Of a DNA stretch of 64,000 bases, positions 43,110-51,470 are shown piece by piece. The notes below the pieces were generated by a model. That model did no database searches, was not told the DNA's origin, and saw nothing but the letters and a program-made list of their open reading frames with translations. This DNA comes from an uncultured cyanobacterium. Lineage in GTDB: Bacteria > Cyanobacteriota > Cyanobacteriia > Cyanobacteriales > Cyanobacteriaceae. The DNA is taken from assembly GCA_963710605.1 (NCBI GenBank), contig CAVQBA010000007.1, forward strand, positions 64,001 to 128,000. The letters are read 5' to 3'. How positions within the stretch are numbered: position 1 is the first letter of the stretch; each line of letters begins with the position of its first letter. A program made the position numbers and the translations under genes.

Positions 43110-43610
43110 ATGAAAATAATTATTTTAGGTAACGCTGGTGCGGGAAAAACTACATTAGCTAAATCTTTAATCGGTAATCAAAATATTCCGCTCTTGTGTT
43201 TAGATGATATTGCTTGGGGCGAATTCGCAATTCGTAAACCATTAGATGAAACTATAAAAGAGCTAAAAAACTTTATTTTTACTCACCAATCTTGGGTTAT
43301 TGAAGGTTGTTATAGTTATATTATCGAAGCGGTTTTAGATGAGTGTACCCAATTTATATTTCTTAATCCCGGTATTGAGGCTTGTATTGCTCATTGTCAC
43401 TCAAGGGGATGGGAATCGGAAAAATTTGAATCTCAACAAGCCCAAGATGATAATTTAGCTAATCTAATTAAATGGATTGAAGAATATAATACTAGAACAG
43501 ACGAATATGGTTTAATTAAGCATCAACAATTATTTAACTCATTTGGTGGCACAAAAATAGAGTATCGTAATTCAACTTGTTATAACAAGCTAAATGAGAA
43601 TTTGGATTAA
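43110..43610 (+). CDS. Small P-loop kinase (adenylate/shikimate kinase-like)
   Basis: IIILGNAGAGKTT, WVIEGCY. Confidence 0.85.
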   Translation: MKIIILGNAGAGKTTLAKSLIGNQNIPLLCLDDIAWGEFAIRKPLDETIKELKNFIFTHQSWVIEGCYSYIIEAVLDECTQFIFLNPGIEACIAHCHSRGWESEKFESQQAQDDNLANLIKWIEEYNTRTDEYGLIKHQQLFNSFGGTKIEYRNSTCYNKLNENLD

Positions 43611-43681
43611 GTTAATCTAGAATTAATTATTCGATTGTTATTAATTGACTATCTTTTTCTTTTTATTATAATTGACAAATT

Positions 43682-44155
43682 ATGACTCAAGATATTTTAC
43701 AAATTGGTAATCCTCTTCTTCGGGAGATAGCAACAGAAGTTACAGATGTAAATAATGCTCAAGTCCAAAACCTAATTGATAATTTAATTGAGATTACTTT
43801 AGAAGCTAATGGAGTCGGTATTGCCGCCCCACAAATTGGACATTCTGTCAGGGTTGTGATTATTGCCTCTCATCCCAATATTCGTTATCCTGATGCACCG
43901 ACAATGTCACCAATGGCGATGATTAATCCTCGTATTATAAGTCATTCATCGATGATCGAAATAGGCGAGGAAGGTTGTTTGAGTGTGCAAGATGAAAGAG
44001 GTAAAGTCGATCGTTATCAACAAATAGAAGTTGAATACTTTACACGTGAGGGTAAACTTGTCACTGAAGAATATACAGGTTTTGTGGCTCGTATTATTCA
44101 ACATGAGTTAGATCATCTTAATGGTATTTTATTTGTTGACCGTATTGTCGATTAG
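43682..44155 (+). CDS. def: Peptide deformylase
   Basis: GVGIAAPQIG, EGCLS, QHELDHLNG. Confidence 0.96.
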   Translation: MTQDILQIGNPLLREIATEVTDVNNAQVQNLIDNLIEITLEANGVGIAAPQIGHSVRVVIIASHPNIRYPDAPTMSPMAMINPRIISHSSMIEIGEEGCLSVQDERGKVDRYQQIEVEYFTREGKLVTEEYTGFVARIIQHELDHLNGILFVDRIVD

Positions 44156-44202
44156 GTTAAAGAATGAAACCGAACTTTATCATTGATTTAATTCTCAATT
44201 GA

Positions 44203-45033
44203 TCATGATTTTTCATTTTCACTATTATTAGCGATCGCTTTCACTTTTTCAGGTACAGTCTGATAAACTTGAGTAAGATATTGCATCACTGCTTGAGAAT
44301 CATTGTAAGCTAAAGGTATATCACCTAACAAATCAAGAACTGTTTTACGATCGTTACTGATATTAATCTCGACTAAAGAAGAATCAAGTGCGTCAGGGTA
44401 TTCCCAAAAATTATCGATCGATAAAGGGGCAGTAGTTTTATGATGATTATGTTTACGACGAGGAGTAGGTTTTATTTTACCTAACATTTCAGGTGTCCAT
44501 TCTTGTCCTGAAAGTTGTAAACTACGAGATACCCTTAATGCTTCTAAAATTTGGGCTTTATCTTTACCCCTTAATTGGAATATAATAAAAGGATCTTCAC
44601 TGAAACGATCGGCTAATTGATAATACACTGCCGCAATATGTTTACAAGGATTTGCTTTATCAGGGCAACTACAACGAGAACGAACTTCTGTAAGATTATA
44701 AGGGAAAAGACTCAAACCATTTTTAATAAAAACTTGTTCTATCTCTAAAGGCATTTCACCGACTAGTAATTTTGCTGATAACAAAGCTTTTTCTGACATT
44801 GTCGCCACTACATAACCCCAATCTTCATCAGAAAAAATATCTAATGCTAAAGTAACTCGATAAGGTTTGTCATCAGTGCCTTGTATTTCAGCTACTAATT
44901 GAGACTGTTTAAATTCTATTTTAAGGACATTTCCTTCTTTAGAATAACTACGCCCTCTTTCTAATCTTTTTTTAAAACGATAAGAATCTAATAATTCTAA
45001 CCACTTTTCTACCCACCACTGTCTTTCTATCAT
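44203..45033 (-). CDS. SWIM zinc-finger protein (common type usually partnered with SNF2 helicases)
   Basis: RLERGRSY, CSCPDKANPCKHIAAVYY, DPFIIFQLRG. Confidence 0.9.
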   Translation of the reverse strand: MIERQWWVEKWLELLDSYRFKKRLERGRSYSKEGNVLKIEFKQSQLVAEIQGTDDKPYRVTLALDIFSDEDWGYVVATMSEKALLSAKLLVGEMPLEIEQVFIKNGLSLFPYNLTEVRSRCSCPDKANPCKHIAAVYYQLADRFSEDPFIIFQLRGKDKAQILEALRVSRSLQLSGQEWTPEMLGKIKPTPRRKHNHHKTTAPLSIDNFWEYPDALDSSLVEINISNDRKTVLDLLGDIPLAYNDSQAVMQYLTQVYQTVPEKVKAIANNSENEKS

Positions 45034-45242
45034 TATATGTATATGTTTAAATTATAAATTTGTTATTTTTAGCAAGTTTTAAAAAATTGACAATTGACAA
45101 TAAATTCGGAAGTCAGAATTAAGAATTAGAAAGGCAAGAGTGAATCATTAATATTTCTTACTCCTTACTCCTTGCGGTGGAAGCCCGCGTCGGCGTAAGA
45201 CGCAAGGGAATGTCCACCAAGACACTCCTTACTTATTATTCA

Positions 45243-46049
45243 TTATCGTTTGGGTTTTAAATTAGTTTTCAAATTCTGCACTTTATAAAAAGTCTCTAAA
45301 CTATCAGTATCACCGACAAAACGCCAATGCCAAGGCTCATAACTGATACCCTGTAAGTTATCAGGAGGAAAAGATAATTCAAAGCTATATTTAGGAGCAT
45401 TTTTAATTAACCAACGATACGCTTCAGTTTTCTCAAAACTAGTTTCTAAATGAGTATCAGGAAAATTAACATCACCAATATCGATCGCATAACCTGTATG
45501 ATGTTCACTATAACCCGGAGGTGCGCTCACTTCTGCCCTTTGCGACGCATCCTGTTGACGTTGCTCTTTTATTTCAAAAAATAAAACTTCTTGTTCTGAA
45601 ATTGTCCGAAAACCCGATAATGGTACTAAAGTAATCCCTTGTCTTTTGGCATCTCGTTGCATTTGCAAAAACTTAGTCGCCGCTTCACTTCTTAAACGAA
45701 TACTACCATCATTAGTAATTGCTTTTAAATCATTTTCTGGTGCTTGAATGTAAGGTAGATGCCCTAAAATATTTTCAGGAATTTCTTTTTCTGACTCGAT
45801 TGTTGATTCATTATTTGTGGATTCAAAGACAGATTGTTGACTATTCTCATTATCAGTAGAATTTTCAGTGATAGTTGAGTTTGAGTCTGATTGATTCAAG
45901 GATTGAGTTTGATAATTTTGCGATAAAAACCAACTAGTCAAAACTACTACTAAGCTAGCAACAAAGATAAGAATTATGTTGTTAGAGATACGTGCTTTTT
46001 TTTTCTTTTGCGGCTTTTTCTCTCTTTTAGCAACAGGAATTTCATCCAT
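45243..46049 (-). CDS. M15B D,D-carboxypeptidase (VanY-like)
   Basis: LSGFRT, SAPPGYSEHHTGYAID, YEPWHWRF. Confidence 0.92.
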   Translation of the reverse strand: MDEIPVAKREKKPQKKKKARISNNIILIFVASLVVVLTSWFLSQNYQTQSLNQSDSNSTITENSTDNENSQQSVFESTNNESTIESEKEIPENILGHLPYIQAPENDLKAITNDGSIRLRSEAATKFLQMQRDAKRQGITLVPLSGFRTISEQEVLFFEIKEQRQQDASQRAEVSAPPGYSEHHTGYAIDIGDVNFPDTHLETSFEKTEAYRWLIKNAPKYSFELSFPPDNLQGISYEPWHWRFVGDTDSLETFYKVQNLKTNLKPKR

Positions 46050-46215
46050 ATATATAATAAAAATTATCTTTTAACACTTATGAAACTATATTTTAGCTTT
46101 TTTTAGTCCAAATTACGATCATCAATTCTCAGACAATTTTCACCAAAAATTAAGCTAGACTAGCTTTAATAAAACAAATAGATAATTTTACATAAGTCAA
46201 AATTTAGGAGACAAA

Positions 46216-47364
46216 ATGGGATACGATATTGAAACTTCTGTATTGCAAAGATACGAAGCTGGAGCAAAAGAACATCAACCTAGTTTATGTTGCCCTACCG
46301 AATATGATGGTCGTTATTTAACTATTATCCCCGAAGAAATTATTGCTAAAGATTACGGTTGTGGTGATCCAACACGTTATATTAATGAAGGTGAAACCGT
46401 TTTAGATTTAGGCTCTGGTGCGGGTAAAAATTGTTATATTATTGCCCAGAAAGTTGGTAAAAATGGTCAGGTAATCGGGGTTGATTTTAATGATGAAATG
46501 TTAAATTTGGCTCGTAAATATCAATCAGAAATAGGTGATAAAATAGGTTGTGTTAATACTAAGTTTATTAAAGGTAAAATACAAGATCTTAAGTTACCTT
46601 TATTAACGATGGAATCTTGGTTAAAAGATCATCCTATTCATAATTTAGACGATGTCAGAGCATGGGAAATTGAATGCGATCGTCTCAAGAAAGATGAAAC
46701 TTTAGTACCTGATAATACGATCGATGTTGTAGTTTCTAATTGTGTTTTAAACTTAGTTAAATCAGAAGATAAAAAGCAACTTTTCGCAGAAATATTTCGA
46801 GTTTTAAAAAAAGGTGGTAGAGCTGTTATTTCTGACATTGTTTGTGATCAAGATTTACCTCAAGAAATAATTGATGATCCCGATTTATGGAGCGGTTGTT
46901 TAGCAGGTGCATTTAGAGAAGATTTATTTTTAGAAATGTTTGCTGATGCCGGTTTTTATGGTATCGAAATTTTAGTTAGAGAAGTCGAACCTTGGCAAGT
47001 TATCAAAGGAATTGAGTTTCGCTCTTTGACTGTTCGTGCATACAAAGGTAAGGAAGGAGAATGCAAAGAAACTAATCAAGCAGTAGTTTATAAAGGACCA
47101 TGGAAACAAGTACAAGATGATGATGGTCATACTTATTTTCGTGGTGAAAGAATGGCTGTTTGCGAAAAAACATTTCAGATTTTAACTAATAATAATAGCC
47201 CTTATTCTGATTCAATTATTCCTATCTCACCTTTACAAGAGATTTCTTTAGAAGACGCATCCGATTTTACTTATGATTCTTCAGTAATTCGTACTGCTCA
47301 AGAAACTAAAGGTGATTTTTACAGCGAAACAACAGTTATTAAAAATGAAAGTAGCTGTTGTTAG
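46216..47364 (+). CDS. arsM: ArsM-like SAM methyltransferase
   Basis: LCCP, YGCGDP, VLDLGSGAG, SNCVLNL, WSGCLAGA; upstream of arsS. Confidence 0.75.
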   Translation: MGYDIETSVLQRYEAGAKEHQPSLCCPTEYDGRYLTIIPEEIIAKDYGCGDPTRYINEGETVLDLGSGAGKNCYIIAQKVGKNGQVIGVDFNDEMLNLARKYQSEIGDKIGCVNTKFIKGKIQDLKLPLLTMESWLKDHPIHNLDDVRAWEIECDRLKKDETLVPDNTIDVVVSNCVLNLVKSEDKKQLFAEIFRVLKKGGRAVISDIVCDQDLPQEIIDDPDLWSGCLAGAFREDLFLEMFADAGFYGIEILVREVEPWQVIKGIEFRSLTVRAYKGKEGECKETNQAVVYKGPWKQVQDDDGHTYFRGERMAVCEKTFQILTNNNSPYSDSIIPISPLQEISLEDASDFTYDSSVIRTAQETKGDFYSETTVIKNESSCC

Positions 47365-47655
47365 TTAATTAATAGTAGAGACGTTTTACCGTAAACAACA
47401 TATCTATCCTGTGCGTATTGCCCCGACCCCTCTGCCTATCGGCATCTCACGGGGCTTACAAGCACCTGAAATGAATTCAGGTGACAGCCCCTCCCCTTTC
47501 AAGGGGAGAGTGGGAGACTTGAAGATAATAAATGTAGCTCATAGTAATGGGAAATGTTATATCTTTATGAAGTAAAATATATCATTAAAAAAGATTGGTA
47601 ATTGTTAATTATTTAAATAACATTTTAAACTAAAAAAGTATAATAAAAAAATCAT

Positions 47656-48639
47656 ATGATTCAAACAACAACTAGTTTTAAAGATAAAATTAACCAGACT
47701 TTAAGTAAAGATAAAATTACTGTTTTACAAATTAATTTAGGTAAAAAATGTAATCTTGCTTGTACTCATTGTCATGTTGAAGCGTCTCCGATTAGAACAG
47801 AAGAATTAACAGCTGATGTTTGTGAGCAACTAATAACTATCATCAAACAATTTCCTCAAATAGAATCGATTGATTTAACAGGTGGTGCGCCCGAAATGAA
47901 CTATGGTTTCAAAAGATTAGTCGATACTGCTAAAGAGTATAATAAAGAAGTGATAGTACGATCGAATTTAACTATCTTTTTTGAATCAGGTTATCAAGAT
48001 TTACCTGAATATTTTGCTCAAAACCAAATTAGAGTAGTTGCTTCTTTACCTTGTTATTTAGAAGATAATGTTGATAAGCAAAGAGGAAAAGGTGTTTATA
48101 ATAAGTCTATTTTAGCTTTACAAAAACTAAATGAATTGGGTTATGGTACTGATGAAAACTTAATTATCGATCTAGTTTATAATCCGCCTTTACCAACTAA
48201 TAATGATTTTAGTTTAACTCCTAATCAAGTAAGTTTACAAACTGATTATAAAAAATATTTAGCAGATAATTTCAACATTCAGTTTAATAACCTTTTCACC
48301 ATAACTAATATTCCTGTAGGTAGAACTAATTTATATCTGGAAAAAAATAATTTAGCTCAAGACTATTTAGCTTTTTTAGAAACTAATTTTAACTCAACAA
48401 CACTACCTCATCTGATGTGTAAAAATCAGTTATCTGTCGATTATTTAGGCAATATCTATGATTGTGATTTTAATCAAATGACAGATGTTTCAGCTAGAGA
48501 TAATCAAGGAAAAAAAATTAGATTAGATGATATTATTAGTCAGAACAATCTTGATTTGATTAAAGAAATAAAAACAGCCAATTATTGCTATGGTTGTACC
48601 GCAGGTAGTGGCTCAAGTTGCACAGGTGCATTAATTTAG
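47656..48639 (+). CDS. arsS: Arsenosugar-biosynthesis radical SAM protein ArsS
   Basis: QINLGKKCNLACTHCHVE (CxxxCxxC), DLTGGAPE, YDCDFNQ, CYGCTAGSGSSC. Confidence 0.88.
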   Translation: MIQTTTSFKDKINQTLSKDKITVLQINLGKKCNLACTHCHVEASPIRTEELTADVCEQLITIIKQFPQIESIDLTGGAPEMNYGFKRLVDTAKEYNKEVIVRSNLTIFFESGYQDLPEYFAQNQIRVVASLPCYLEDNVDKQRGKGVYNKSILALQKLNELGYGTDENLIIDLVYNPPLPTNNDFSLTPNQVSLQTDYKKYLADNFNIQFNNLFTITNIPVGRTNLYLEKNNLAQDYLAFLETNFNSTTLPHLMCKNQLSVDYLGNIYDCDFNQMTDVSARDNQGKKIRLDDIISQNNLDLIKEIKTANYCYGCTAGSGSSCTGALI

Positions 48640-48917
48640 GATAGTATAAAAATTAACAATAGTTCTTCAACTACTATGATAGGTATCGATCGTCTAAGAT
48701 AAATAATTTAGATAGTTTTACTATGCTCATTTAGAACTGATAAATTGTTTTTGAGCGATTACGAGCAAAATACTAAGGCTTGAATCCTTATTCGTGAGAC
48801 GATTGAAAAGTATAAATAACGATCGATTAAATCCAGATAGTGAAGGCTATTGTTATTGTCGGTAATTTTATCGGCAATTGCTATCTTTGAGAAGATTCAG
48901 TTTGTGAATCACACTGT

Positions 48918-49619
48918 ATGACTTTAAAAGCAATTTTATTTAATTTTAATGGAGTAATTATTAATGATGATTTTGTTCATCAACAATTAATCGATGATAT
49001 TCTTCTAGGGGAAAACTTGTCTGCCTCTGGTAATCAGTATCAACAATTTTGTCTGGGAAAAAACGATCGAGTTGGCTTAAAAAATTTATTCGCCGCTAGA
49101 GGAAGAATTTTAACCGATAAATATCTCGATAAATTACTCTTAGAAAAAGCAACAGCTTATCAAAATGTAATGTCTGGGCTACAAAGATTACCAATTATTA
49201 ATCAAGTAGTCGAATTTATCTTACAGACTCAAACCCTTCATTTACCTTTAGCATTAGTAACAGGCACATCAACCCCAGAAGTTGAATATGTCTTACAAAG
49301 GGCAAACTTACGGCAATATTTTACGGTTATTATCAGCGGTGATGAGATTGCCACATTTAAACCCGCTGTTGATGGCTATTTGTTAGCTGTGGAAAAACTT
49401 AATCAACTTAATTCGACTTTGAATTTAAAACCATCTGAATGCTTGGCAATAGAGGATACACCTTTAGGCATCTCAGCGGCAAAAAATGCGGGAATACAAG
49501 TAGTTGGTGTGGCTAATACTTATCCTTTTCATATGTTGCAAAGACAATGTAACTGGTGCGTTGATAATTTGATGGAATTAGATTTAGAATGGGTACAAAA
49601 AACACTCACTACTGTCTAA
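48918..49619 (+). CDS. HAD-family phosphatase-like protein
   Basis: AILFNFNGVI (N in place of the catalytic D), KPAVDGY, AIEDTPLG. Confidence 0.85.
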   Translation: MTLKAILFNFNGVIINDDFVHQQLIDDILLGENLSASGNQYQQFCLGKNDRVGLKNLFAARGRILTDKYLDKLLLEKATAYQNVMSGLQRLPIINQVVEFILQTQTLHLPLALVTGTSTPEVEYVLQRANLRQYFTVIISGDEIATFKPAVDGYLLAVEKLNQLNSTLNLKPSECLAIEDTPLGISAAKNAGIQVVGVANTYPFHMLQRQCNWCVDNLMELDLEWVQKTLTTV

Positions 49620-49645
49620 TTTTTGTTACAATGTTAGATCGTATT

Positions 49646-49718
49646 GGGGAATTAGCTCAGTTGGTAGAGTGCTGCGATCGCACCGCAGAGGCGAGGGGTT
49701 CGACTCCCCTATTCTCCA
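49646..49718 (+). tRNA. tRNA-Ala(CGC)
   Basis: GGGGAAT/ATTCTCC acceptor stem with G3:U70, CTGCG-ATCGCAC-CGCAG anticodon arm, GGTTCGACT. Confidence 0.95.
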
Positions 49719-49826
49719 TTGTCTATACTCTTTACGTCGTATAGCTTTAGGGTTTCAAGTAAATTTATAATGGCTCGTTTGATACAATTTTGATCCATTT
49801 CTCGTATATTTCTTGAAGAAACCATT

Positions 49827-51200
49827 GTGAACTACCTCAGCCTAAAGGCGTGAGGCTTCTTATCCAACAGATAGCGTAGTAGTGGTTTTCTTTCGTCCGC
49901 CTCTACTACGTCTTACATCTGGACAATAAGCTTTATCCCCCGTTCCAGAGGAAATAATTCGCATACCTTCATCTCTTATATTGATGGAGGCGTTTATGTC
50001 TCGATCGTGCTTTGTTTCACAACTATTACAAGTCCAGTGACGAATATCAAGGGGTAAACTGTCAACTATATTCAAGCAGTTAGAGCAAGTTTTAGAACTA
50101 GGGAAAAAGCGATCTATCTCTAGATATACTTTTCCTTCATCTTCTGCTTTGTACTTGAGCATTGTCATGAAACTACCCCATCCCACTTGAGAAATTGACT
50201 TACTTAGACAATGATTTTTGACCATACCTTTGATATTGAGATTTTCAACTACAATAACTTGGTTTTCGTTGACTATCTTGCGTGATAGTTTGTGCTGAAA
50301 ATCCTCTCGACAACGAGATATTTTATTGTGTACTTTGGCAACTTTAACCCGTGCTTTGTTGCGGTTATTGCTACCCTTTTGTTTACGTGATAACGCTTTT
50401 TGTTTCAGTGTTAGGTTACGCTCATGCTTTTCTAACCAACGAGGATTATCATATTTAGATCCCTCTGAGGTAATGCAAAAATGAGTCAATCCCATATCAA
50501 TACCAATCGCTTTCCCCTCAACTGATTGTTGAGGTTTTTCTTTGCCATCTTCAAATAAAACCGAAGCATAGTATTGACCAGCTTTATTCAAGCTGATAGT
50601 AACAGTTTTTATCTTACCTTCAATGGGACGATGTACTTTAGCATAAATTTCACCAAGTTTAGGAAACTTGAGATAATCATCAAGCACCTTTACATTTTGA
50701 GGATAAGACAATGACTGCTTACCATGTTTAGACTTGAATCTTGGAAAAGCCGATCGAGCTGAAGGCTCGGCGCCTGAAGGCGATCGTTTTTCAAAGAAGT
50801 TGATGAAAGCACGAGATAGATTTAGACATACTACTTGTAAACATTGAGAGTAAGTTTCGCCTAGCCACTCATGTTCTTTTTTGAGTTCTGGCAACTGTTT
50901 TTGTAGATCATAGCGAGATAACCCTTTACCAGTGCTTTTATAAGTCTCATTTGTCAAAGCCAAGAATCGGTTATGTAGCCAACGAGTACAACCAAACGCC
51001 TTTGATAACTGCGTTTTCTGTGGCTGTGTGGGATACAATCTTACTTTGACGACTTTTAGCATTATCACGTACTCAAGTTTACGATAAAATTATAACATAG
51101 ATTGTAAAATTTATCGCTCGTTGAGGGCTTCAATTTTACTTGAGGTGTCCATGTATCCCCATCCTAAAGGAGCGAGGATTTATTGCCCCTCAAACTCCCC
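49827..51200 (-). mobile_element. IS200/IS605-family tnpB-only element downstream of tRNA-Ala
   Basis: Right-end hairpin CCTCA-CGCC..GGC-TGAGG then TTCAC terminus at 49827; related CCTAAAGG hairpin near 51155-51180 marks an approximate left end. Confidence 0.75.
49860..51068 (-). CDS. tnpB: RNA-guided endonuclease TnpB carrying a 10-aa in-frame insertion
   Basis: VRLYPT, FGCTRW, GIDMG, VVENL, SSKTCSNC, HDRDINA. Confidence 0.93.
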   Translation of the reverse strand: MIMLKVVKVRLYPTQPQKTQLSKAFGCTRWLHNRFLALTNETYKSTGKGLSRYDLQKQLPELKKEHEWLGETYSQCLQVVCLNLSRAFINFFEKRSPSGAEPSARSAFPRFKSKHGKQSLSYPQNVKVLDDYLKFPKLGEIYAKVHRPIEGKIKTVTISLNKAGQYYASVLFEDGKEKPQQSVEGKAIGIDMGLTHFCITSEGSKYDNPRWLEKHERNLTLKQKALSRKQKGSNNRNKARVKVAKVHNKISRCREDFQHKLSRKIVNENQVIVVENLNIKGMVKNHCLSKSISQVGWGSFMTMLKYKAEDEGKVYLEIDRFFPSSKTCSNCLNIVDSLPLDIRHWTCNSCETKHDRDINASINIRDEGMRIISSGTGDKAYCPDVRRSRGGRKKTTTTLSVG

Positions 51201-51470
51201 GTCTCGTTAAATAAAAATTGGCGTAATGATTAAAATAACAAAATGATTTGAGCGTTATTGATTTGATCGAAAATAGAGCTAAACAGTATTAATAGCAACC
51301 GATCGTAACAAAGCTTAATCTAGTCAAATTCGGTTGAATAAAATTAGCTCAATTCAGATATGATCATTGTCTTAAAAGACTTAAGGTTGTATTTAGATCG
51401 ATATATTACGAAAACAAATATAATTAAAAAAAGTGGTAAGTGACATTATACCCACCAACAGAGAAAACTT

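Noticed and set aside
44203-45033. Second SWIM gene as part of the retron system
   Set aside because: Different, widespread SWIM family; opposite strand; separated by housekeeping genes
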